A stretch of DNA of 64,000 bases from Spirochaetaceae bacterium UBA1306 (GCA_002307245.1 DBTW01000107.1:1976-65975), one strand, 5' to 3'. Numbered from the stretch's first letter, positions 12,962 to 22,186 are shown. A program made the numbers and translations. The notes: generated by a model not told the origin, from the letters alone.

Positions 12962-13633
12962 ATGGTCTATGAATTCGAGGGACGTTCCGAGAAGGAGGCG
13001 ATCGACGCCGCGGCCGACGAGCTCGGCCTCGAGCGCGACGGCTTCGACGTGGAGATCCTGGAATCCCAGACGGGCAGCATCTTCAAGAAGGGCAAGGTTC
13101 GGATTCGAGTGCATACTCGCGACGAGGCCCCCGCGCCAGCCAGGCGCGAGCCCGTCGGGAACCCCCTCCCGGCCGACGAGTTCGAAGCGAAGGTGCTCGA
13201 GTTTACGAAAAAGATGATCGAGGGCATGGGATACGCCTGTGAGGTCGCCGTCCTGTTCCGCGAGGAGAAGAAGCTCGGCGTGAGGATCGACAGCGAGCAC
13301 GCGTCGATCATCATCGGCAAGAAGGGGAAGAACCTCGACTCCCTACAGGTCCTCGTGAACGTATACGCGGGGCGCTTGGGGCGCGAGGATACGAGGGTGA
13401 TCCTCGATTCCGAGAATTACCGAATCCGGCGCGAAGAGGCCCTCGTCCGCCTCGCCTATGAAACCGGCGAGCAGGTCAGGCGGACCCGGCAGTCCGTTCT
13501 CCTCGAGCCCATGAATCCCTTCGAGCGCAGGATCATCCATACGACCCTCAACGACATCGTCGATATCGAGACGAAGAGCGAAGGCGAGGGACTCTATAAA
13601 CAGGTTAGGGTGACCTTCCGCGGGAAGCCTTGA
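12962..13633 (+). CDS. jag: Jag/KhpB-type RNA-binding protein (Jag_N, KH and R3H domains)
   Basis: N-terminal EGRSEKEAIDAAADELG, KH-like IIIGKKGKNLDSLQ and R3H-like EPMNPFERRIIHTTL. Conserved position after yidC. Confidence 0.85.
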   Translation: MVYEFEGRSEKEAIDAAADELGLERDGFDVEILESQTGSIFKKGKVRIRVHTRDEAPAPARREPVGNPLPADEFEAKVLEFTKKMIEGMGYACEVAVLFREEKKLGVRIDSEHASIIIGKKGKNLDSLQVLVNVYAGRLGREDTRVILDSENYRIRREEALVRLAYETGEQVRRTRQSVLLEPMNPFERRIIHTTLNDIVDIETKSEGEGLYKQVRVTFRGKP

Positions 13634-14876
13634 TCCTTTTCGAGGCCCTCGGGATGGCCGCGCGCAGAGAGCGCTCCAAGCGGCCGTCCGAGGACTCGAA
13701 GGCCTGCAGCTCGATCGTCGCCGCCCCGTTGAAGGCGGCGAAGGCGCCGATGGCCTCGGCGGCGATACGCGAGTATTCCGCCGAGCCGACCCGCCGTCCT
13801 CCCGCGTCTGTGGGCGGAGCGTCGAGGTAGAGGCGTCGCAGGACCAGGCGGCCGTCCCGCCTGTCGGCCTTCGCATCGAGCAGGCCGGCGATAGCCGGGC
13901 CCGCCCCGAGTCCGACGAAGAGTAGCGGTAACCCGAAATACCCGAACGTACGCTTCGATGCGGGCAGGTAGCACTCGAGCTGGTAGGCGCGGCCGAAAAG
14001 CCTCGCCGTGCGCTTCCTATCAATGATGAGCGGGTCGAAGGGCGACAGGACGAAGGCTCGTGCCTCTGCTGCCCGCCTTCTCCGGCGTCCGATCGCGCTC
14101 GCCGCCGCGTAGTAGTCCCGAGAATCGCCCGCGATCCTCATCCGCGCCAAGCGGCCGTCCTCGACGCGCCCTGCGAGCTCGTCCGAGATTCCCCCCAAGC
14201 CGTCTTTTCGCATATAGGCAATATCCGAGGCAGCGAAGATGCCGAGGGACTCCGAGGCTCGGTCGATGTAATGAGCGGCCATTTCCTTAGTTGTCGGCGG
14301 TCGGAGGTCCAGGCCCGCGGGAAGGGCGCGTTCCGGTAGGTCGTAGACTTTCTGGAAGCCGCGGCGGCCGAGCGAGACGAGTTCTCCCGCTTGGAAGAGG
14401 TATTCGAGCGCCCTTTTCGCTGGCTTCCAGTCCCACCAGCCCCCAGGGCCACGCTTGCCCTCGAAGTCCTGGGCTCGCATCGGGCCTTCGGCTCGTATCG
14501 TATCGCGAACAATCGCCACGGTCCGGGGATCGGCATCGAACCATTCGTGGCCCTGAGAGCGGATGCGTTCCATTCTTGGTATGCAGAATCGATATTCTTC
14601 GATAGGCAGATATGCCGCGGCGTGGGTCCAGTACTCGATGATTAGCCTGGGCTCCCCCTCGAGCTCGGGCAGATGAGCGGCTTGGTAGAGCGCGTTCCTG
14701 GTCCAGAGCGCATGATGATGCGCTCGCTCCACGACGCTGATCGTGTCGATCTGTACCGCGCCGAGGCGTCGTAGGGCCGCGAGGGTTTGATTGGCGCCGC
14801 CCGCCTCGAAGGCTCCGAGGCCGGAGGCTTCCGTCGCGATGGCGCTTGCCGCGGAAGGCTCGATGGATGTTTCCAT
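13605..14876 (-). CDS. winged-helix DNA glycosylase-like protein, AlkZ/YcaQ (DUF1006) family
   Basis: LRRLGAVQIDTISVVERAHHHALWTR and the overall length (423 aa) resemble YcaQ/AlkZ interstrand-crosslink glycosylases. The 3' end overlaps jag by 29 nt (convergent). Confidence 0.75.
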   Translation of the reverse strand: METSIEPSAASAIATEASGLGAFEAGGANQTLAALRRLGAVQIDTISVVERAHHHALWTRNALYQAAHLPELEGEPRLIIEYWTHAAAYLPIEEYRFCIPRMERIRSQGHEWFDADPRTVAIVRDTIRAEGPMRAQDFEGKRGPGGWWDWKPAKRALEYLFQAGELVSLGRRGFQKVYDLPERALPAGLDLRPPTTKEMAAHYIDRASESLGIFAASDIAYMRKDGLGGISDELAGRVEDGRLARMRIAGDSRDYYAAASAIGRRRRRAAEARAFVLSPFDPLIIDRKRTARLFGRAYQLECYLPASKRTFGYFGLPLLFVGLGAGPAIAGLLDAKADRRDGRLVLRRLYLDAPPTDAGGRRVGSAEYSRIAAEAIGAFAAFNGAATIELQAFESSDGRLERSLRAAIPRASKRIKASRGRSP

Positions 14877-15025
14877 GCTAAACGAATGTATAGCCTTCGA
14901 AAAGCCGATGCAATACGGAAACGTCGCTTTTATAGGGCTGTCGGTGGCTTCCTGGCCTGGAAAGGAGTGTATAGAATATTCCTAAATCGAGCGCTCGAGA
15001 GGGCGAGAACCAAGGAGACAAGACC

Positions 15026-16063
15026 GTGCTGACGATCGTCGCGCTATTCGCAATCCTGATCCTGGTGCTTTTCCTTCCCTTCCTCGTGAAGAAGGTCGAG
15101 GAGAATCTCGAGATATTCCTGTTTACGATGGGCCTTCTCGCTGTGACCGCGAGCGCGCAGTGGGCCTGGCCCTTGGTGTTCGAGGGGCTCGTCGAGCCGA
15201 TCAAGATAACCTTGGCCGTCCTCATCGCCGGGCTGCTGTTCAAATTTCTGCGCCCTGCCGCGCGGAAGGCGGTCGGGGCCGCGGTCTCGGCGATCGGTAT
15301 AAAGGCCTTCGCCTTCGCGATCGTCGTGCTTCTCGGCTTTGTATCGAGCGTCGTTACGGCCATCATCTCCGCCCTCCTCCTCGTGGAGGTGATCGATTGC
15401 ATGAAGCTCGATCGGGAGGACGAGATCAAGCTCGTCGTCGTCGCCTGTTTCGCTATCGGCATGGGCGCCGTGCTCACGCCGCTCGGCGAGCCGCTCGCCA
15501 CGATCGTCATATCGAAGCTGAAGGGCGAGCCGTATCACGCGTCGTTCTGGTTCCTCTTCGAGGAATTCTGGCACTACGTCGTGCCCGGCGTCCTCGCTTT
15601 CGGCGTCCTCGCCGCCGTGATCGTCAAGAAGGGCCCGGAAGGCGACACTCTCAGCGAGGACCGCGCCGAGGGCATCCCCGACATACTCCTCCGGACCGCG
15701 AAGACCTATCTCTTCGTCATGGCCCTGGTCTTCCTCGGGACAGGCTTCAAGCCCATCATCGACGCCTATATTTCCAAGCTGCCGCCCGAGGGACTATTCT
15801 GGATCAATAGCATCTCGGCGATCCTGGATAACGCCACCCTGGCCGCAGCCGAAGTCGGGCCTTCAATGAGCGAGAGCCAGCTGGCCTATGCCCTCCTTGG
15901 GCTGATCATCGCCGGCGGCATGCTCATACCCGGGAACATCCCGAACATAATCGCGGCTGGTAAGTTGAGGATCAAGAGCAAGGAGTGGATCCGGGTCGGC
16001 GTACCCCTCGGGGCCGCCGCGATGGTCATCTACTTCGCGGCCATGCTGGCGTTCGGCGCCTGA
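15026..16063 (+). CDS. polytopic membrane protein, putative cation transporter (DUF1646-like)
   Basis: 345 aa with about 10 hydrophobic segments. The N-terminus LPFLVKKVEENLEIFLFTMGLLA recalls DUF1646. GTG start. Family assignment is from memory only. Confidence 0.5.
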   Translation: MLTIVALFAILILVLFLPFLVKKVEENLEIFLFTMGLLAVTASAQWAWPLVFEGLVEPIKITLAVLIAGLLFKFLRPAARKAVGAAVSAIGIKAFAFAIVVLLGFVSSVVTAIISALLLVEVIDCMKLDREDEIKLVVVACFAIGMGAVLTPLGEPLATIVISKLKGEPYHASFWFLFEEFWHYVVPGVLAFGVLAAVIVKKGPEGDTLSEDRAEGIPDILLRTAKTYLFVMALVFLGTGFKPIIDAYISKLPPEGLFWINSISAILDNATLAAAEVGPSMSESQLAYALLGLIIAGGMLIPGNIPNIIAAGKLRIKSKEWIRVGVPLGAAAMVIYFAAMLAFGA

Positions 16064-16082
16064 CGCGCCCGATGGAGGTCTC

Positions 16083-16589
16083 GTGCCAGCCCTATCTCAT
16101 AAAGACAAACTGAAGCTCCTCTCCGCGCTCGAGTCGGGCTACGCGAACACGGAGGAGCTGCTCGAGGGCGTTACCGACGAGGAGCTCCTCTACGTACCGC
16201 CCGTCCGGGACGCCTGGTGCATCAACGACTTTCTAGTGCATTTCCTCGACGCGGACATCGCGCTGGCCTTCCGCGCGCGGATGGCGATCGCCGAGAGCGG
16301 GAAGGTCGTCCCGACCTGGGACGAGAACGTCTGGCACGACACCCTACACTACGGCGACGAGAAAGGCCTCGTTTGCCTGGCCCTCGCGAAGAGGATCCGG
16401 GCCTTCGTGGCCGTGAGCGTCGAGGCAGTTATGGAGGCCGATTGGTCGAAGTTCTACATCGAGCATCCCACCAAGGGGAGTCTCGACCTCGGGGACATCA
16501 TCGAAATGCACGACCAGCATGTTGCCTTCCACTTGCCCCTGATCAGGCGGAACAGGAAGGCTTGGCTAGATAGCAGGCCGGATCTCTAG
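16083..16589 (+). CDS. DinB-family (four-helix-bundle, metal-binding) protein
   Basis: 168 aa. His residues are spaced as in DinB_2 proteins (FLVHFLD ... HDQHVAFHLPLI). Confidence 0.6.
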   Translation: MPALSHKDKLKLLSALESGYANTEELLEGVTDEELLYVPPVRDAWCINDFLVHFLDADIALAFRARMAIAESGKVVPTWDENVWHDTLHYGDEKGLVCLALAKRIRAFVAVSVEAVMEADWSKFYIEHPTKGSLDLGDIIEMHDQHVAFHLPLIRRNRKAWLDSRPDL

Positions 16590-16600
16590 CAGCGAAGGCC

Positions 16601-17920
16601 CTACTTGGCGCCGTCGGTCAGCGCCTTCAGCTTTAAGTACTCCGTATTCAGGCGTGCTGTCCTGGCGTTGAGCCTCGCTAGCCTTTGGGCCAGGAGCCGG
16701 GCGAGGAAAATCCCGTAGTGAGGGCTTTCCTTGATCAGGTTTACGAAATCCTGCTTGGATATCTTAATGAGGACGCAGGGTCCCTTGGCGACGACCGTAG
16801 CCGAGCGCCTGTTGGAAAGCAAGAAGGCCATCTCGCCCATGAAGAGGTCGTCCGGCGTCAAGGAAGAGACGAACTTACTCTTGGAGTAGACGTAGAGCGT
16901 TCCCGAGACGATGTAATAGAGGAAGTCGGACTCCTCCCCCTCGGAGCAGACGTATTCCCCGTCCTTGAATAATACTTCCTTCGAGCGCTCGAAGATCTTG
17001 GGAATGGCATTGGATTCCGCTTTCCTGTGGTCCATCTCGAAAGCGACTTCGTTTCCGGACTGGTTGTACGCGAGGTCCCTGACGTAGAGGCTCGCCATCT
17101 TCATGCCCATGCCGTGGAGGCCGGGGGAGTCCGAGGGCGAAGCCAGGCGCGCTTTCCAGTCGAAGCCCTCGCCCTCGTCGCGGATCGTGAAGCGCGACTT
17201 CTCCGGCGTGATCGTATACGAGAAATACACCTTACGGGCCTTTACGTTGGGATCCTTATTCTTCTCGCGGATGAGGTCCATGATATCGCCATTCTTCTCG
17301 AGCCAGGCCGTCTTCTCGTTGTAGTCTATTCGGCAATTGCCATGCTCGATCGCGTTGATGAGGAGCTCGAGGAGGGCGACGTGGAGTTTCTCCTTCTCGT
17401 CGCGACCGATGAGGTTGGAGTTGTACAGGTAGTTGGTGATGAGGTTGGTGTAGGTGGTTATATCGAGGGGGTCGTTGTCGATGACGAAGGCGCCCGAGAT
17501 AGTCTTTAGCAGGTGCTGCTGGATTCCCCTCTGGAAGAGGATCTGCTTGTTCTGCCGGACGATCCGGAGCAGCCGGGGCAGGTTCGATAGGAATTCCTTC
17601 TTGCGAAGCACGGCGATGATGTTGGCGTCGCGCATGGCCTCGAGGAGCTTCTTGTCGTCCATATTGTCGTGGATGCCGATGATCCCGCCGTAGTGGAGCC
17701 AGGGATCCTCCTGGATTTCCTTTAGTATGCCGAGGCAATCCATGTTCGGGTCCGAGAAGTAGAAGATCTTCATGTCGGGAAGCTCATACTTAAGGAATTC
17801 GATCACCTCTGTCCTGTCGGAGAAGAAGACGGGAATGAGCTCGCCATCGGTGCGGGCGCACTCGAGGCGGATGATCTCGTTCATCTTGGCGTCGCTCGAG
17901 ACGACGGGGATCTTGCGCAT
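16601..17920 (-). CDS. fusion protein: receiver-like N-domain, RsbW/SpoIIAB-like ATPase (HATPase_c) and cyclic-nucleotide-binding domain
   Basis: N-box LLELLINAIEHGN, G1 IRDEGEGFDW and G2 GLHGMGMKM. The C-terminal cNMP fold has FKDGEYVCSEGEESDFLYYIVSG...FMGEMAFLLSNRRSATVVA. Confidence 0.75.
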   Translation of the reverse strand: MRKIPVVSSDAKMNEIIRLECARTDGELIPVFFSDRTEVIEFLKYELPDMKIFYFSDPNMDCLGILKEIQEDPWLHYGGIIGIHDNMDDKKLLEAMRDANIIAVLRKKEFLSNLPRLLRIVRQNKQILFQRGIQQHLLKTISGAFVIDNDPLDITTYTNLITNYLYNSNLIGRDEKEKLHVALLELLINAIEHGNCRIDYNEKTAWLEKNGDIMDLIREKNKDPNVKARKVYFSYTITPEKSRFTIRDEGEGFDWKARLASPSDSPGLHGMGMKMASLYVRDLAYNQSGNEVAFEMDHRKAESNAIPKIFERSKEVLFKDGEYVCSEGEESDFLYYIVSGTLYVYSKSKFVSSLTPDDLFMGEMAFLLSNRRSATVVAKGPCVLIKISKQDFVNLIKESPHYGIFLARLLAQRLARLNARTARLNTEYLKLKALTDGAK

Positions 17921-18023
17921 ATATACCTCGCGGAAGGCAAATTGGGCTTAGTGGACGCAAGGACCGACAGCCGTGGAGGCTGAGCCGATCCCCCTAGACT
18001 TCTCGGCGCTTTCAACGCTCCGA

Positions 18024-18053
18024 TTGACTTTTTTATGTCTCTATGTCTTTATT
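18024..18053 (+). promoter_or_regulatory. possible promoter of the tRNA(CAT) gene
   Basis: TTGACT at 18024-18029. The best -10 is only TTTATT (18-nt spacer). Weak match. Confidence 0.3.
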
Positions 18054-18069
18054 TAGCCGCTGTTTATTC

Positions 18070-18143
18070 GGGCCTATAGCTCAGTTGGTTAGAGCTGCGG
18101 ACTCATAATCCGTCGGTCCCTGGTTCAAGTCCAGGTGGGCCCA
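18070..18143 (+). tRNA. tRNA with CAT anticodon (tRNA-Ile2/lysidine type or elongator tRNA-Met)
   Basis: Cloverleaf folded by hand. Acceptor GGGCCTA/TGGGCCC, D-arm AGCTCAGTTGGTTAGAGC, anticodon loop CTCATAA, T-arm CCTGG-TTCAAGT-CCAGG, discriminator A. No encoded CCA. It is not an initiator (no GGG/CCC anticodon stem). C4-G69 and C5-G68 fit Ile2. Confidence 0.93.
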
Positions 18144-18294
18144 AATAGTATAGAAGGCTAGCCTGGACTTGAAGCAGAGCGCGCGCCGAGCGAATAGCGA
18201 GGATGAGGCGCCACGGATTGGCGCCGAAAGCGCGCGGAGCCGGAGCGAGCCGATACGAGGTCGGCGAGCGTAGGCCAAGTCCAGGTGGGCCCAA
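18124..18294. repeat. att-like duplication of the tRNA 3' end
   Basis: CAAGTCCAGGTGGGCCCAA at 18126-18144 (tRNA 3' end) recurs exactly at 18276-18294. An inverted partial copy CCTGGACTTGAA lies at 18162-18173. Confidence 0.8.
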
Positions 18295-18504
18295 CGCGGA
18301 AAATTATTTTCATCCGTCGCAAAGCGCCGCGCTACGGCTCCATCAAGAACGGCTGATGCCCACGGCTGGACTTTGGGCGATAATGGCATAATCATTAATC
18401 CATTGGACACGCTGAGGGGAATAAAACCTCGAGGTGGGCTCCTGGTCTCGATATCTCTATTGACTGCGGCCTCGAAAGCCAGCCGCCATCCAAAGGGGTA
18501 TTCT

Positions 18505-19227
18505 ATGAAACGAGGTACTTTCTTTCTGGCTTACGCCGCGACGCTCGCGCCGCCTGTCCTCACGTATGTCCTGACTCTCGGTGCCCCGCGCGGAACGGCT
18601 TATGCGCTATCAATGGCCTTCGGCGCCTCGGCCTTCGTGATATTGGCGAACCAGTTCATCCTCGCTTCCAGACCCGCCTTCGCAGTCAAGGCTCTCGGCG
18701 TAAAGGGTCTTCTATCGTTCCATGCCACGATGCCGATCGCGGCGGTCGCCCTGGCCTTCGCGCACAAGGTCCTTAAGGTTGGCATCGTCGAGAATCGGCT
18801 TCCGATCGAGGATCCGGGGGCGGCTCTCTCCAGGCCTGTGTCGGAAGCCCTCAAGGAGGGGCTCGGTTTCGTCGACGGGACTTTCCAGACTATGTTCGGA
18901 TCCTTTGCCCTAATCGTTACGATAGCCCTGGCCGTGGTCGCGGTGGCCTTCATGGCCAATACCGTGTTCATGCGAATTAAGCCGCTGGTCCGGCTCAAGT
19001 CCTGGGTCTATTCGAAAATCGGCTTGCAGTATCGTTTCTTCCGCGCGATCCATAACGCCCTCGCGCTCGCGGGGCTCGCCCTCATAGCCCATGTCCTATT
19101 CGCCGCGAGCGGTCTCGAAGCGGGCCTGCCCATTGGGATGGCCTGGTCGCTCGCATGGATGGCCTTCGCCTTGGCGCTATACGCCCGGTACAAGATTCGG
19201 ACGAAGAAGCAGGCCAAGGCCGCTTAA
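18505..19227 (+). CDS. ferric-reductase-type transmembrane di-haem cytochrome b domain protein (stand-alone)
   Basis: Six hydrophobic segments. His pairs are spaced H-x13-H (SFHATMPIAAVALAFAHK) and H-x12-H (IHNALALAGLALIAHV), as in the FRE/NOX/MsrQ family. ATG at 18505. The track ORF starts at 18373. Confidence 0.6.
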   Translation: MKRGTFFLAYAATLAPPVLTYVLTLGAPRGTAYALSMAFGASAFVILANQFILASRPAFAVKALGVKGLLSFHATMPIAAVALAFAHKVLKVGIVENRLPIEDPGAALSRPVSEALKEGLGFVDGTFQTMFGSFALIVTIALAVVAVAFMANTVFMRIKPLVRLKSWVYSKIGLQYRFFRAIHNALALAGLALIAHVLFAASGLEAGLPIGMAWSLAWMAFALALYARYKIRTKKQAKAA

Positions 19228-20522
19228 GGCTCGATAGCGATAGGGGCCTTCGTCACTATGAGTTTGTCGATCCGATTGCCGTCCATGTCCACGACCTCGA
19301 AGCGGCAATCCTCCCATGCGCAGGTATCGCCCGCCCTGGGTATCTTGCCCATGCGGTCGAGCACGAGGCCGGCGACGGTGTCGTAGTCGTCGGAGGGCGC
19401 CTCTCCCAGGCCGAGTTCTCTGGTGAATCTGCCCAAGGGAAAGGCGCCGTCCACGAGGTAGCTTCCGTCCTGACGCCTATCGATCGAAGGCTCGTCCTCC
19501 TCGCCCTTGCCCGGGATGTCCCCCACGATCGATTCCACGAGATCCGACAGGGAGACGAGGCCGGCGACCCCGCCGTATTCGTCGAGGATAAGGGCTGTCC
19601 TGACGCCGCTCGCCTTTAGGGACGTGAAGGTCTTGAGCGCGGAAAAGGATTCTGGAACGAAGACACAATCGCGGAGGAACTCCCTGGGATCGCGGAAAGC
19701 GCCGGAGGCTATCGCCGCGAGGCATTCCTTCACGGGCAAGAGGCCGATCACCTTATCGAGGTCCCCGTCGACCGCCGGTAGGTAGCCGTAGCGCGAGTAC
19801 TCGACGATGCGGCGCCTAGCCTCGGAGGGGGCGTCGCGGAGGTCGACTTGGACTACTTCGGGCCTAGGGGTCATGAGCGAGGTGACGCGGCGATCGCCGA
19901 GGGAGAGCACGCCCTCGACCATCTCGCGCTCGCGCTGTTCGAACACCCCCGTCTCGGCGCCCTGGGCGATGAGCACGCGGACTTCGTCCTCAGTGACAGA
20001 GGGCTCCTGCCCGGGCTTCACCCCGAGCAGGGCGATGAGCCCGTCCGTGGTCGCCGACAAGAGCCGCGAGAGCGGCGCGAAGATACGCGCGAAGAGGCGC
20101 ACGGGGCCAATCACCGCCGCGGCGACGGATTCCGGCCTCGCGAGGGCAATGTTCTTCGGGACGAGTTCTCCCAGGACCACCGATACGAAGGCCGTGACGA
20201 TGACGACTATGGCCACGGACACCGGACCGGCCGTGGCCGCGAGGAATGGTATGGCTCGGAGGGCATCCTCCAGGCTGCGCGCCACGGTGGCCCCGCCGAA
20301 GGCGCCGGCGAGGGTGCCGATCAGCGTGATGACCACTTGGATTGTGGAGAGGAAGCGAGAGGGATTCTCGGCCGTCTCCAGCGCGAGGCGGTAGTTCTTC
20401 TTGCCCTGCTCGGCCTCATGCCGGAGCCTGGCTTTGCGCGAGGAGACTATGGCCATCTCCGCCAGGGAAAAGAATCCGTTGAGCAGGACGAGCGAAAGCA
20501 GGATAAGCAGATCAAGCGCCAT
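19224..20522 (-). CDS. CNNM/TlyC-family protein (DUF21, CBS pair and CorC_HlyC domains)
   Basis: N-terminus LLNGFFSLAEMAIVSSRKARL, CBS pair, and C-terminal CorC_HlyC-like domain (DGSYLVDGAFPL...F.VVDMDGNRIDKL). Confidence 0.9.
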   Translation of the reverse strand: MALDLLILLSLVLLNGFFSLAEMAIVSSRKARLRHEAEQGKKNYRLALETAENPSRFLSTIQVVITLIGTLAGAFGGATVARSLEDALRAIPFLAATAGPVSVAIVVIVTAFVSVVLGELVPKNIALARPESVAAAVIGPVRLFARIFAPLSRLLSATTDGLIALLGVKPGQEPSVTEDEVRVLIAQGAETGVFEQREREMVEGVLSLGDRRVTSLMTPRPEVVQVDLRDAPSEARRRIVEYSRYGYLPAVDGDLDKVIGLLPVKECLAAIASGAFRDPREFLRDCVFVPESFSALKTFTSLKASGVRTALILDEYGGVAGLVSLSDLVESIVGDIPGKGEEDEPSIDRRQDGSYLVDGAFPLGRFTRELGLGEAPSDDYDTVAGLVLDRMGKIPRAGDTCAWEDCRFEVVDMDGNRIDKLIVTKAPIAIEP

Positions 20523-20708
20523 TTAGCGCTCCGGGCGAAGCTGGGCTGTCGGGGGATAGGGCGCCTCTCGGCGCCCTACTAGGGTGGGTCGGTTCTGGGA
20601 TCGTGCACATCTCCGTGGAAGAATACATCCAAAGCCGGGCTCTCGTCGAGGCCGGGGGCTCTCTACCTTACGCTCCTTGCCCTCCTGCCTTGGGCCGCGT
20701 ATTCTCTA

Positions 20709-21293
20709 GTGATGATCCGATGTCCTTGGTGCGGCGACGATTCCTTGTATCTTGCCTATCACGATACCGAGTGGGGCTGCCCCGTCCGCGACGACGCCCG
20801 GCACTTCGAATTCCTGCTCCTCGAGACTCAGCAGGCGGGCTTGTCCTGGCGCTGTATCCTGGGCAAGCGAGAGGCCTTCCGGAAGGCCTACGCGGGGTTC
20901 GACGCGGAAAAGGTCGCCCGATTCACCCCCGCCAAGATCGAGCGCCTCTTGGCGGATCCAGGCATTATCCGGAATAGACGGAAGGTTGAGGGCGCGATCA
21001 AGAATGCTCGCGCCTTTCTTTCCGTGGTCGAGGAGCTGGGTAGCTTCAATTCGTATATCTGGCGCTTCGTCGGGGGGAAGCCCCTCATGAACGCCTGGAG
21101 GGCCCCGACAGACGTCCCAGTGACCACGGAGATATCCGATGCTCTCTCGGCCGACCTCAAGGCCCGGGGCTTCGCCTTCGTCGGCTCGACGACGATCTAC
21201 GCGCATATGCAGGCGATAGGCATGGTCAACGACCATCTGGTGGATTGCTTCCGTTGGAGCGAGCTCGGCGGAAGCCTTCGAAAAAGGAGCTAG
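20709..21293 (+). CDS. tag: DNA-3-methyladenine glycosylase I
   Basis: RCPWCGDD.LY..YHDTEWG.PV.DD..HFEFL.LE..QAGLSW is the Tag signature. 194 aa. Confidence 0.92.
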   Translation: MMIRCPWCGDDSLYLAYHDTEWGCPVRDDARHFEFLLLETQQAGLSWRCILGKREAFRKAYAGFDAEKVARFTPAKIERLLADPGIIRNRRKVEGAIKNARAFLSVVEELGSFNSYIWRFVGGKPLMNAWRAPTDVPVTTEISDALSADLKARGFAFVGSTTIYAHMQAIGMVNDHLVDCFRWSELGGSLRKRS

Positions 21294-21295
21294 GC

Positions 21296-22186
21296 ATGGA
21301 TATCGGAATCGAAGCGATAAAGAGTCGCGTGTCGACTCGAACCTACGACGGTACGCCCCTGTCTCCCGACGAGGAGCGGTCCTTGCGCGCCTCCTTTTCC
21401 GAGGCGGTGCCAGGGCCCTTCGGGGCCGCGCCGCGCTTTATCCTGGCGTCCCGCGATGAGGTCGAGGACGAGGCCTCGCGGAGCGGTTCCGTACGGGGCG
21501 GCGTGAGGATCGGCACCTACGGGATGATCGTGGGTCCGCGTGCCTTCGTGGCCGGAGTGATCGCTAAGGGCCCGTTCGCCTGCGTGGACTTCGGGTATTG
21601 CCTGGAGGGAATCGTGCTGCGCGCCACCGAGCTCGGGCTTGGCACTTGCTGGATCGGCGGCGCCTTCGGGCGCGGGGCGATCGCCAGGGCCTTGCGTGCG
21701 GACAAGGGCGAGTTCGTGCCCGCTACCACGCCCGTGGGGCATGGGGCTGGCCGTCCCTCGATACAGGACCGAATCGTTCGCGGTTCTTCGCGGGCGCGGA
21801 CCAGAAAGGCCCCCGCGGAGCTATTCTTCGAGGCGGGTGAGGGGGGGCGCCTCCTTCCGCTGGGCTCCGCGGGCCGATGGGACGAGATACTCGAGGCAGT
21901 GCGGATCGGGCCCTCGGCCTCCAATAAGCAACCTTGGCGCCTCGTTCTCGATCGGCGCGATGGCGAGGCTCTTCACTTGGTACTGCACGAGGATCAGCGT
22001 TATAACAATATGCTGGGCGAGGTGAAGCTCCAGGAGCTCGACATGGGCATCGCCATGCGCCATGCCGAGGTCGCGGCCCGCGCCATAGGGCTTGGCGGCT
22101 CCTGGCGGCGCTTGGACCGGTACCCGATCTCGCTCGAGGAGCCGCAACGTTATATCGCCACCTTCGTAGCCGATAACGTGGCTTAA
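21296..22186 (+). CDS. nitroreductase-family protein
   Basis: AIKSRVSTRTYDG..., GLGTCWIGG and PSASNKQPWR motifs. ATG at 21296 directly after the tag stop. Confidence 0.75.
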   Translation: MDIGIEAIKSRVSTRTYDGTPLSPDEERSLRASFSEAVPGPFGAAPRFILASRDEVEDEASRSGSVRGGVRIGTYGMIVGPRAFVAGVIAKGPFACVDFGYCLEGIVLRATELGLGTCWIGGAFGRGAIARALRADKGEFVPATTPVGHGAGRPSIQDRIVRGSSRARTRKAPAELFFEAGEGGRLLPLGSAGRWDEILEAVRIGPSASNKQPWRLVLDRRDGEALHLVLHEDQRYNNMLGEVKLQELDMGIAMRHAEVAARAIGLGGSWRRLDRYPISLEEPQRYIATFVADNVA

